Assembly (NCBI GenBank): GCA_900769695.1
Contig: CAAGHO010000018.1
Span: forward strand, 52,790-116,789
DNA length: 64,000 nt
DNA from: Bacilli bacterium
GTDB lineage: Bacteria > Bacillota_I > Bacilli_A > RF39 > UBA660
Direction of reading: 5' to 3'
Position numbers and translations under genes: made by a program. Positions 51,066 to 59,800 of this stretch are shown here, piece by piece. A model generated the notes under the pieces. That model had not been told where the DNA came from. It saw only the letters and a program-made list of their open reading frames with translations, and did no database searches. Within the stretch, counting starts at the first letter, position 1. Every line of letters starts with the position of its first letter.

Positions 51066-51483
51066 AAAAATCTCCTTTATCTAATTCAGGTATAACTGAA
51101 ATTCTAACCGGTTGAATAACCTTTATGTTATCAAAAATACCAATATTATAATCTTTTTTAAAATTTGTTTTTGGATATGTAACAGTCAATATATAGGAAG
51201 TATAGACTATATCACTTGCTGAAGATACATCTTTTTTAGATTCTTTTGCAGGTAATATAATATTATCTATAATTCCACTAGAATTAGTAACTCCTTTATA
51301 AAATTCTACTTTTTCTCCATTAATTTCTTTCCAAACTTCTATTTCCACATCTGATAGTGGAAAAGCTTGATTTGCTCCTGAAACTTGCACTTTCAAAATA
51401 CCTGTTGCTGTATTATCTCTTGCAAATTCAGGAAATTTTGCAGTATCATATAATACCTCTTGCATAAAATTCTCCTTTTTCAT
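51058..51483 (-). CDS. Hypothetical protein (141 aa), co-transcribed with the SpoIID/PG-binding gene
   Basis: 8-nt overlap with the downstream gene; beta-rich, no motif recognised. Confidence 0.4.
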   Translation of the reverse strand: MKKENFMQEVLYDTAKFPEFARDNTATGILKVQVSGANQAFPLSDVEIEVWKEINGEKVEFYKGVTNSSGIIDNIILPAKESKKDVSSASDIVYTSYILTVTYPKTNFKKDYNIGIFDNIKVIQPVRISVIPELDKGDFYG

Positions 51484-51494
51484 TTATTTTTTAA

Positions 51495-52328
51495 CTAAAT
51501 AACTAACTCATCACCTATATTTAATAAGTTGCTTTTTAAATTATTTTTAGTTTTTATATCACTTACTGTTGTATTAAATTTTTGAGCTATACTATACAAA
51601 CTATCACCTTTTTGAACTTTATATTTAGTAACAGTAGTTGGAATTTTTAATTTTTGACCTAATTTTAGTGCTGTATTAGTTAAATTATTTAGTTTCATTA
51701 TTTCACTTACTGTTGTATTATATCTTTTAGCTATACTATATAGATTATCACCCTTTTGAACCGTATAATCACTATAATCTTCTGGAAGTTCAAAATCAGT
51801 TCCATAACATTCTAAAACTGATGAAATACCAGTATTATCCTCAATTTTTAAAGTTTCTCCTATTGTAAGTGTATTTGATTTTAATTTATTATCAATTTTT
51901 ATCTTATCTACTGTCGTTCCAAATTTTTGAGCTATACTATATAAACTATCACCTTTTTCTACTGTATAAGAAACATATTTGCTAATATTTGAACCATCTG
52001 TATCTTCCATGTGACATGGAATTTTTAGTTTTTGACCTATCGAAAGTAAGTTAGTATTTAAATTATTATATCTTTTTATCTCATCTGCTGTTGTATCATA
52101 TTTTTTAGCTATATTATAAAGATTATCTCCCCTTTCTACAGTATAAATTACACATTCAGAAGGATTACTACCATTATTATCTTGCAATATTAAAGTTTGA
52201 CCTACTACTAGAAGATCACTTTTTAAATTATTTAATTCTCTTATTTTTTGAGCACTAGTATTATGTTGTTTAGATATACCATATAAAGTGTCACCTTTTT
52301 GAACTATATACGTATTTGTATTATTCAT
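51495..52328 (-). CDS. LysM-repeat protein (5 LysM domains)
   Basis: Five repeats of YxVQKGD(T/S/N)LYxIAxK..T.V..I...N.L....L..GQ.L.I. Confidence 0.8.
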   Translation of the reverse strand: MNNTNTYIVQKGDTLYGISKQHNTSAQKIRELNNLKSDLLVVGQTLILQDNNGSNPSECVIYTVERGDNLYNIAKKYDTTADEIKRYNNLNTNLLSIGQKLKIPCHMEDTDGSNISKYVSYTVEKGDSLYSIAQKFGTTVDKIKIDNKLKSNTLTIGETLKIEDNTGISSVLECYGTDFELPEDYSDYTVQKGDNLYSIAKRYNTTVSEIMKLNNLTNTALKLGQKLKIPTTVTKYKVQKGDSLYSIAQKFNTTVSDIKTKNNLKSNLLNIGDELVI

Positions 52329-52392
52329 TTAATTACTCCTCTCATTAATGTATATGTAAAAATATCCAAAATAAAAACTGATTAAGCATCTT

Positions 52393-52992
52393 TTAATCAG
52401 CTTTCTTTAATTTATTGTAATTTCCTGTCTTAGTTAGAACTTTATATCCTTCTTTTTGCCTTAATTTTTTTCTTTCTTCTACATCAAGCACTAATACTTT
52501 TTCAGCTATATCAATATGTAATATTCCATCTAAATGATCAAGTTCATGAGAAAGTACAGTTGATTCAAAGCCTTCAAAAATATCTTCATGCTTTTCACCA
52601 TTTAAGTCAATATAATCAACTAAAATCTTGTATGGTCTTTTTACTAAACCTGTATTATTAAGACAACTAGCACAGGCTTCCCAATATTCGGTTAATCCTT
52701 CACGCATTTTAACAACTGGATTAATCAATATTCTAGCTTCATTATAATCTCTATCTTCTTCAGTTTCAGCATTTTCCTGCATTTTATTTATTATATCTAA
52801 GTTAGTATTTTTTAAGTAAACTAGTCTTTTAGGAATTCCAAGTTGAACAGCAGCCATTGCCATAACTCTATTTTCTTTACAGTATTCCTCTAAAATTTTT
52901 ATATCATTTAATAAATCTTTATCATTAAGATCAACTTCTTTTGATATTTGTCTTAAAAACTCTTCATTATCATTAATTGTTATAGCTTTCAT
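52393..52992 (-). CDS. def: Peptide deformylase
   Basis: Motif 1 MAMAAVQLGIPKR (GxGLAAxQ), motif 2 EACASCL (EGCLS), motif 3 HELDHLDG (HExxH). Confidence 0.8.
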   Translation of the reverse strand: MKAITINDNEEFLRQISKEVDLNDKDLLNDIKILEEYCKENRVMAMAAVQLGIPKRLVYLKNTNLDIINKMQENAETEEDRDYNEARILINPVVKMREGLTEYWEACASCLNNTGLVKRPYKILVDYIDLNGEKHEDIFEGFESTVLSHELDHLDGILHIDIAEKVLVLDVEERKKLRQKEGYKVLTKTGNYNKLKKAD

Positions 52993-53771
52993 TTTCTTTC
53001 TCCTTTTTTATTTTATTAAACTCATCAGTTTGAATAACTATTTAATGGTACCAATTAAATAGATAGCTACAATTTTTAACGAATTATAACATATCTTTTC
53101 TAACAAGCACATTATAAACTTCATTATATTTATAGACTATTCTAGCATAACTTTAATCTAGAATCAATTATTTTCAAATCAACCAATTAATCAGCTTAAA
53201 TTTAAAAATGTATTTCTTGAATCCCATGATTTCATCTTCTATTTCTTTTTTTGTAAATACAGTTTAATATAATATTGTTGACACAATTCTAAATACAGCA
53301 TTACTATTTAAAAATTTATAGTAGCTTGGTTTATATAATTAAATAGCTTCTAATGAAAATAAGATTGGCTAATCATTTTGTGAAACAGCTAAATTAATAA
53401 ACAAAGAATCAATATACTTATCATTCATATAGTTAAATAAATTGTTCAATAATAAAGGTATTTCTTTAATTGAACATCTTTTTAGATTATTCCAATTTTG
53501 AATTGTACAAATTTTTCTTGACTCTTTTTTATTACCTCTAATACTATTTAACAATATTTTATGAATGTAGTTGGCAAATATTAAATAATTTCTTTCAAGT
53601 TTTCAATTTTGCTTTTATTGTCATTATTGCCATATATTTTAAAAAATACATTTAATCTTGTGAAATTAATATCCATTTTCCTCCAATTGTACCATCATTT
53701 AATAAAATTAAATTGTCTACTATTTCCATAAATTGATATGGATCAAAAAATGAACCGTTTATTAATGACTT

Positions 53772-55046
53772 TTATATATATAACAATCTTTTTTCAGATG
53801 CAATTTTAATATATATTCTCAAATAAATTAATCTAACAATTCTATCTATTCCACATAAAAGTGAAAGTCCTAATAAACCAAACCCTAGCTTTTTAAACAA
53901 AAATGCTAATGGGATTCTAACACATATCCCTCCAATCAAAGCCATATTTCTAATTGCTTTTGTATTTTTATTTGCAGATAGATATGCTCTATAATTGCTC
54001 GATGCTACTTCCATTACAAATTCAATGCCGTAAAACCAAATATATGGATTACAATCTTCCCAAGGAACTGTTTTCGCTAAAAACCACCAAGACGGATACA
54101 TCATAAATATCAAAAAGACAATTGATATCAATGTACCATATATCCCAATATAATCTACCTTATTTAATAGATTTTTATTCTCTTTTTCTATATCATTCGA
54201 ATAATCTATAAGTAATCCGTTATAATAACCAGCAATAATCTCGCTTAATGTATCCGAAACAGTTATACAAGCACAATGTATAGTATAAATTACTGTTCCA
54301 AAAGAACTTGCAATACTTGTATATGTTATATTCACAATTCTTTGTATAATTTTATTAAATGCAAGATCTTTTCCATATTTTAATATTTCTTTTACATAAT
54401 CTTTTCTTATTTTTCCAATTTTAAATTTAGATACAACAAATAACAATATGGTATTAACAAGTGTTGAAATAATAGTTGCTATATAAATTCCTATTTCATT
54501 ATATCCAATCTTAATACTAATAATGTCACCAAATATATTAATTACTGAAGATATAAAAATAATTATAAATATTAAATTTGTTTTTTTCTTAACTTTTAAG
54601 TCATTTTTTGCTATATATCCAACTGCCACAAGTGGAAGTTGAATTGCTTTTAATCTTAAAATAATTGTTAATATATTTCTTGCCTCATTATCTAATTGAT
54701 AAACATGTGTTATATTTCTTGCAAAATAGAAAAGCAATAATCCAGTAATAAAACTAAAGATTAATTCTAAAAACAAACCTGCAGTATTAATATCTTTACT
54801 ATCACCTTTATTTCTAACTAATACTATACTGTGTGAAGAACTTATACAAGCTTGTAAAGTATTTATTGCCCAGTTTAATGTTATAAACGATGAAAAAACA
54901 ACGAGAGCTGTTTGCCCAATTGAATTTGAAATAGACTTATCAATTAATATTAAAAAAACATTAGTAAATTCAACTATAATATATGGTAGTACAAATAATA
55001 ATGACTTTATTACACTCTTTTTCATATCTTTCTTTATTAAAATCAC
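53772..55046 (-). CDS. MOP-superfamily (MATE-like efflux or polysaccharide-flippase-like) 12-TM membrane protein
   Basis: 424 aa, about 12 hydrophobic segments; family assignment from topology only. Confidence 0.4.
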   Translation of the reverse strand: MILIKKDMKKSVIKSLLFVLPYIIVEFTNVFLILIDKSISNSIGQTALVVFSSFITLNWAINTLQACISSSHSIVLVRNKGDSKDINTAGLFLELIFSFITGLLLFYFARNITHVYQLDNEARNILTIILRLKAIQLPLVAVGYIAKNDLKVKKKTNLIFIIIFISSVINIFGDIISIKIGYNEIGIYIATIISTLVNTILLFVVSKFKIGKIRKDYVKEILKYGKDLAFNKIIQRIVNITYTSIASSFGTVIYTIHCACITVSDTLSEIIAGYYNGLLIDYSNDIEKENKNLLNKVDYIGIYGTLISIVFLIFMMYPSWWFLAKTVPWEDCNPYIWFYGIEFVMEVASSNYRAYLSANKNTKAIRNMALIGGICVRIPLAFLFKKLGFGLLGLSLLCGIDRIVRLIYLRIYIKIASEKRLLYI

Positions 55047-55358
55047 CTTCTTGTTAATAATTTAAAGATTGTTATATATCTATTATATCAAAATGTTCTA
55101 TATATTCATATTTAACAACGAAAAAATTAGATGTTTAAATCTAAAACTATAAAAGTCTTGACAAATTTCCAAATGGTACCCTAAAAAAAGAAGTACGACA
55201 ACTTTTTAGGCAACATTTAACAGTTGTTAATAAAATTAACTAATATAAATATAACATGAAAATTTATAAAAAACATGAAAAAACCTAAGGCTTCTAAAGT
55301 TTCCTAGGAAAATCGTATGTAAATATACTATTTTTTAAGATAAAACACAATATTTTTG

Positions 55359-55967
55359 CTAACTTTTTACCAATTTTTTAGTGCTTTTATAGTTCAACAT
55401 ATACCATTTTATAAACTCCTCTGTAGCACTTGTTCTATTATCAGGCCTATTATTTCTTTCTTCATCTGTCATTTCCGCTAACGTTTTAAAGCAATTATCT
55501 GGTACAAATACATACCAAAGATTTGATTTTGCCCGTTTATTTTCGCGTCCTCTTAACTCATTTGATAAAGAACCCTTGCTAACTCCAAAGAATTGATAGT
55601 ATTCATTTCCATCAAAGAAAGTAAGACAATCTAGAAAATAACAGCCTCTATCTTTTACATTTTTCATTGTTTCTAAAAGTTCACTTACATTAGAACTAAC
55701 GCCACTTCTTTTTACAAAGGCACCTGGATATCCTGGATTATTAGGGTAATGGTCTATATAGAAACCTGAATCTGCAACAAATACAGGACTACCTAATTTT
55801 TCATATGCTTGTCTAGCTTTTTCTTTAGATATATATTCAATATCATTAACATCTGGTTCATCTAAATCGCATTTAAAGTAATCAATAGTAATACCAGCGT
55901 TTTCAAATTTTTCTTTTACTGAAACATACTTACCATAATTTCCTGTTATATAAGTTAAATTTTCCAT
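55359..55967 (-). CDS. Ham1/ITPase-family non-canonical (d)NTP pyrophosphatase-like protein, divergent (SHR motif replaced)
   Basis: YITGNYGKY (ATGNxGK), FVADSGFYIDHYPNNPGYPGAFVKR (ADDSGLxVDALxGAPGVYSAR), FVPDNCFKTLAEMTDEERNNRPDNRTSA (FxPxxxxxTFAEMxxEEKNxISHRGRA) - the last shows the conserved SHR replaced by DNR; start is 1 nt after the stop of the SIS gene. Confidence 0.6.
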   Translation of the reverse strand: MENLTYITGNYGKYVSVKEKFENAGITIDYFKCDLDEPDVNDIEYISKEKARQAYEKLGSPVFVADSGFYIDHYPNNPGYPGAFVKRSGVSSNVSELLETMKNVKDRGCYFLDCLTFFDGNEYYQFFGVSKGSLSNELRGRENKRAKSNLWYVFVPDNCFKTLAEMTDEERNNRPDNRTSATEEFIKWYMLNYKSTKKLVKS

Positions 55968-55968
55968 A

Positions 55969-57000
55969 TTACATTTCTTCTTTAAATTTGTATAATCTTT
56001 TTACTAAAGTTGGATTATATTCTGGTTGTGTTAAATCAATGTTCTTATCTTCAGCAATTTTCTTTGATAAAAAATACATTTGTAATATTAAATAATATTC
56101 TTTCCAAAATATGTTATCATTTAAGTCACCTGTATCAAAAACAGAAACATTTGAATATTCACTATTGATAGTATCTATTAATAAACTATCTAATTCTTTT
56201 AATCCATGTGATAGATATATTATTCTACTATTTGGGTATTGAAATAACAAGTTACTTCTTCCATGACAGTATGAACCTTTATCATGAATTACTGATGATG
56301 TTAATCCAACTTCTGTTAAATTAGATTCTAACACACTTGCAGAAGATTTTGTTTCATATCCACTTATTATTTGAATTAGTGAAGTATCTTTAAATTTAAC
56401 ATTCAATCTATCTATTTTCTCACTACCCATTAATAATAGTTCTTTTATTTTATCATTCATTTTTTTTATTTCGTTTGAATCTAATTCAAGATTTAATGAA
56501 GTAGTAGAATCAAGGAGTAATGATATTGGCCCTAAACTAGTAGCTAATGATATAAAACTTTTCTCTTTATCATATAGCTCATTTCCCCAAGATACTATTT
56601 GAAAATTAGATTCTTTCATATTTTCTGTAAGTAAATATTTATTACCTTTAAAATCTAATAATGCCTCATTAATTCCATTTGTATTTCCACTTGCAGAAAT
56701 AACTATTAAATTAGAAAACATTTCTCTATTTGCTTTATAAAAATAATCTCTTGGTTCAATCACTTCACAAATTATTCCAGTTAATCCTAATCTCTCAATA
56801 ATTAATTGTAAATAATATGCAACAACTTTGGAGCCACCAGTTGCCATAATTAATGTTGGTTCATTATCTATAGTTAATTCATATAGCATTTCTCTTATAT
56901 CATTGTATTTACCTAAATATGGATCATTAACCTGCAATATTCTTTCTCCTAGTTTAGAAAAATTTAATTCTGCAGGTTCAGTATGTGTATGCTTAATCAT
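55969..57000 (-). CDS. Double-SIS-domain protein (phosphosugar-binding/isomerase or deglycase-like, GlmS-C/AgaS/FrlB architecture)
   Basis: First SIS: LIMATGGSKVVAYYLQLIIERLGL...NLIVISASGNTNGINEALL. Second SIS: IQIISGYETKSSASVLESNLTEVGLTSSVIHDKGSYCHGRSNLL (G.G..y..A.E.ALK..E......a......HGp.al); no glutaminase domain. Confidence 0.5.
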   Translation of the reverse strand: MIKHTHTEPAELNFSKLGERILQVNDPYLGKYNDIREMLYELTIDNEPTLIMATGGSKVVAYYLQLIIERLGLTGIICEVIEPRDYFYKANREMFSNLIVISASGNTNGINEALLDFKGNKYLLTENMKESNFQIVSWGNELYDKEKSFISLATSLGPISLLLDSTTSLNLELDSNEIKKMNDKIKELLLMGSEKIDRLNVKFKDTSLIQIISGYETKSSASVLESNLTEVGLTSSVIHDKGSYCHGRSNLLFQYPNSRIIYLSHGLKELDSLLIDTINSEYSNVSVFDTGDLNDNIFWKEYYLILQMYFLSKKIAEDKNIDLTQPEYNPTLVKRLYKFKEEM

Positions 57001-57055
57001 TATAAAAACCTCTCTTTCTAATTACATATTAACAAAAGAAGAGGAAATATATATG

Positions 57056-57535
57056 TCAGTTATAAAATTTTTCTAATAATTTTATTTTTTTAATACGATT
57101 AATATAAAAATGTCTTATTTCCTGTTTTTTCTCACAATATGCTGCAACTCCCCATTCTGATCCAAGTAGTATTAAATCATAAGGGCGAATTATTCTAGTA
57201 GACATTTCTTTCTTATCTTTAGAATAGTATTCTATATAACACTTTCTTTTTTCTTTTATTGCTCTGTTAATTAAATTATAAAATTCCTTATTTTTTATAT
57301 TAATAGTATTCGGAGTAATAAATCTTCTTGGCAAATTTATATTTTGATTCAAAACATATCCACCATACGGGCCTTTAATTGTATCTACATAAATGCCTGC
57401 TTTTTCTAGCTCATCTTTATAAACTCGAATCATTCTAGGGCTAACTTCTATTTTTTCAGATAATTCAGAAATACTATATTTTCTGCCTGTACTCAAGTAT
57501 TCAAGCATTGTTAATACATTACTAATTTTAGACAT
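57056..57535 (-). CDS. HTH (HTH_11/DeoR-like) plus WYL-domain transcriptional regulator
   Basis: LSTGRKYSISELSEKIEVSPRMIRVYKDELEKAGIYVDTIKGPYGGYVL (HTH_11); CYIEYYSKDKKEMSTRIIRPYDLILLGSEWGVAAYCEKKQEIRHFYINRIKKI (WYL core: W.l.AYc....e.R.FrldRI). Confidence 0.7.
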   Translation of the reverse strand: MSKISNVLTMLEYLSTGRKYSISELSEKIEVSPRMIRVYKDELEKAGIYVDTIKGPYGGYVLNQNINLPRRFITPNTINIKNKEFYNLINRAIKEKRKCYIEYYSKDKKEMSTRIIRPYDLILLGSEWGVAAYCEKKQEIRHFYINRIKKIKLLEKFYN

Positions 57536-57555
57536 GTGACGCCTCCTAACCTAAT

Positions 57556-57592
57556 ATAATCGATTATAGATACTTAATTATTAATTTATTAA
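57556..57592 (-). promoter_or_regulatory. Candidate promoter of the WYL-SIS-Ham1 operon (TTAATA-18-TATAAT) with overlapping 12-bp perfect palindrome ATAATCGATTAT
   Basis: Minus-strand read: TTAATAaattaataattaagtatcTATAATcgattatattaggttaggaggcgtcATG; palindrome at 57556..57567 overlaps the -10 box and start site; GGAGG RBS. Confidence 0.4.
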
Positions 57593-58140
57593 TCTATTTT
57601 ATATATCGAAACCAATATTATTTGATGTTCATAAAAATCTCTTTTTAAAATTTTCATCATATTGTCAGTAGAGACTTCAGACAACTCATTTGTTCTAGGT
57701 AAATCTATTATAATTGGTAATTTTATACTATATTTACTATCAATAGATTTAATGTATGTAAGTTAAAAACGTATGCCATTTGTGCTAAAACTCCTCCACT
57801 AAACCCTTTTAATTTATTATTATATCACAACTTATTTAAATTTGAATTACTAAATGTAATTCAATACGCTAATTGATTATGTTAATTTGCAAGTATGGTT
57901 CTAAATTATCAAAAATTTAGTATAAATAAAGAATATAGCTAATCAAACTAGTCGTATTCTTTTACTATGATTTCTTTTTTATAAAATCATTAACTTCTGT
58001 TTCTTTATCAGTATCTTTAGAAATATCTATTAAATCATTAGAATTATATAAATTTTTATCATAACATTCTTTTTAAAACTTACTTTTTAACTTCTAATAT
58101 TTTTACTTTTTTCATAAAACTACTCACTTTCCTTATAACA

Positions 58141-58216
58141 ACAAAAAAACTAGACGGTACTTCTAGTTAATATTTATTACTACTCGAAAAGTTCGAGTAA
58201 CTATCAATATGGTGTC
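58141..58216. repeat. Direct repeat copy A (about 76 nt) of the ssrA 3' end/terminator flank - att-like scar
   Basis: acaaaaaaactagacggtacttctagttaatatttattactactcgaaaagttcgagtaactatcaatatggtgtcc aligns at about 80% identity with 59731..59806 (acaaaaaaactaactatttctagttagcgtttattacttaaactcgaaaagttcgagtttcacatcaatatggtggag). Same orientation, 1590 bp apart. Confidence 0.7.
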
Positions 58217-58451
58217 CTTATGGCTCTAACAACCATTATAAGCAATAAATTATAGGTAGTAACTACTAACTAAAATTAGTATAACATGATTTTATTAAAA
58301 TTAACCAACATTTTAATATTTTAAATAAATAAAATGATATAATAGAAACTGAAAGACAAATAGTAATTTGTAATTTAGTTATCTCTTAATAGATTTGTAT
58401 TAATAATTAAGAGGATGAAAAAATAATATTTTGTGTTAAATAGTAAAGTTG

Positions 58452-58480
58452 TTTACATTTTTTAAAATGTAAAATATATT
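58452..58480 (+). promoter_or_regulatory. Promoter (TTTACA-17-TATATT) with embedded 22-bp perfect palindrome TTTACATTTT-tt-AAAATGTAAA, a likely autoregulatory operator of the XRE gene
   Basis: Read directly at 58452..58473; the palindrome overlaps the -35; GGAGA RBS 7 nt before the ATG at 58535. Confidence 0.5.
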
Positions 58481-58534
58481 TGATAGTAAAATAATAATAA
58501 AAAATGTATAGTTTTTTGTGAAAGGAGAAAGATT

Positions 58535-58942
58535 ATGGATTTAGGCAAAAAAATTATTGAAATGAGAAAAAAAGCAAAACTTTCACAAGAACAACTTGCA
58601 GAAAAACTAGATGTTACCAGACAAACAATATCTAATTGGGAAAATGGCAAATTTTATCCTGATATTGATGCATTAGTTAAAATTAGTAAATGTTTTAATA
58701 TTTCGTTAGATGACTTACTAAGTTACGATAATAAAGTTTTGCAATATTTAAAAGATAGCACAGATGTTGTAAAAAGTAATAAGAAATTGCTTTATGCGAT
58801 TTTATTAAATATTTTAATTATTATTCTATTTATAATAATAGGAATAACTGCAAATGAAAGTATTTCAATTATAGTAATAGTATTTACTATTTCTATTATT
58901 AGTTTTTCTTATTTATTTTATCAAATCATAAAAAAAATATAG
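58535..58942 (+). CDS. XRE-family HTH regulator with C-terminal transmembrane anchor
   Basis: LGKKIIEMRKKAKLSQEQLAEKLDVTRQTISNWENGKFYPDIDALVKISKCFNISLDDLL (HTH_3/XRE); C-terminal two hydrophobic helices. Confidence 0.75.
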   Translation: MDLGKKIIEMRKKAKLSQEQLAEKLDVTRQTISNWENGKFYPDIDALVKISKCFNISLDDLLSYDNKVLQYLKDSTDVVKSNKKLLYAILLNILIIILFIIIGITANESISIIVIVFTISIISFSYLFYQIIKKI

Positions 58943-58951
58943 GAGGAAATT

Positions 58952-59275
58952 ATGAATTATATTTTATTAGCAATATTTATAGCAATATATCTAATAGGTT
59001 TAGTTGCTACAGTTTATCAAGTTTATAAAATAACTGTTATAGATTCAAAAGCAAGAGGAATTAACCATCCAAAATTAATGGGATTACTAGCAACCAGTGG
59101 TAAAAGTTCAGAAGGAATTATTCTTTATCTATTGCATAGAAGAAAATATCCAATAAAAAATATTCCGAAAGAAGAACAAAATGAAATAGAAAGAAGAAAG
59201 AAAATTGTATTAGTAGGAATTATATTTATGATTATTGGTGCAATTGGATTTGTATTCTTTATAATAAAAATATAA
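58952..59275 (+). CDS. Small 2-TM membrane protein co-transcribed with the XRE regulator
   Basis: 10-nt gap after the XRE gene with GGAGG RBS; TM helices at both ends. Confidence 0.45.
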   Translation: MNYILLAIFIAIYLIGLVATVYQVYKITVIDSKARGINHPKLMGLLATSGKSSEGIILYLLHRRKYPIKNIPKEEQNEIERRKKIVLVGIIFMIIGAIGFVFFIIKI

Positions 59276-59310
59276 TCATATATAATATTAAAAAATTGCA
59301 ATTTATCGTC

Positions 59311-59340
59311 GAGATCAACTTTAGTAGTTGGTCTTTTTTA
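59311..59340 (+). terminator. rho-independent terminator of the XRE two-gene operon
   Basis: gagatcaact-ttagt-agttggtct stem followed by TTTTTTA. Confidence 0.55.
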
Positions 59341-59478
59341 CTTTTTATAAATAGAATGATTAAAGACTAACATTATTTTGTCTTGATATGAACCCCGTTT
59401 CTTGGACAAAATAGAAACGAGGTTCGTATCATTATTGGTTTTATATTGTATCATTTATTTTTAGTTTGTCAAACCATA

Positions 59479-59703
59479 TTAGTTCATTTTTAAGTATTGT
59501 TCTAAATCTTTAAACTTAATTTTTTTATTATAACCGTTTATAAAGACATTTTCACTATCTTCAAATATTAAGTAGTCATTGCCCTTAACTTTCAAAATAT
59601 ATCCATTAGTAAAGGAATATTCCACATAAACAAACTTACATATCATTTCAACCTTTCTTTTTAATTCTTCACTTATTACAAGTTTTTTAGTTTCTATTGT
59701 CAT
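59479..59703 (-). CDS. Hypothetical small protein (74 aa) inside the ssrA-flank island
   Basis: ORF only; no motif. Confidence 0.35.
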   Translation of the reverse strand: MTIETKKLVISEELKRKVEMICKFVYVEYSFTNGYILKVKGNDYLIFEDSENVFINGYNKKIKFKDLEQYLKMN

Positions 59704-59732
59704 AACTCGATCACTTTCCTTTCTTAAATAAC

Positions 59733-59757
59733 AAAAAAACTAACTATTTCTAGTTAG
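59733..59757 (-). terminator. ssrA rho-independent terminator
   Basis: Minus-strand ctaactagaaatagttag hairpin followed by U7, about 45 nt after the tmRNA CCA end; part of repeat copy B. Confidence 0.65.
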
Positions 59758-59800
59758 CGTTTATTACTTAAACTCGAAAAGTTCGAGTTTCACATCAATA

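Noticed and set aside
56828-57076. 82-aa + strand ORF
   Set aside because: Antisense to the 5' end of the double-SIS gene.
58462-58650. 62-aa minus-strand ORF
   Set aside because: Overlaps the XRE promoter and 5' end of the XRE gene, which has clear HTH_3 homology.
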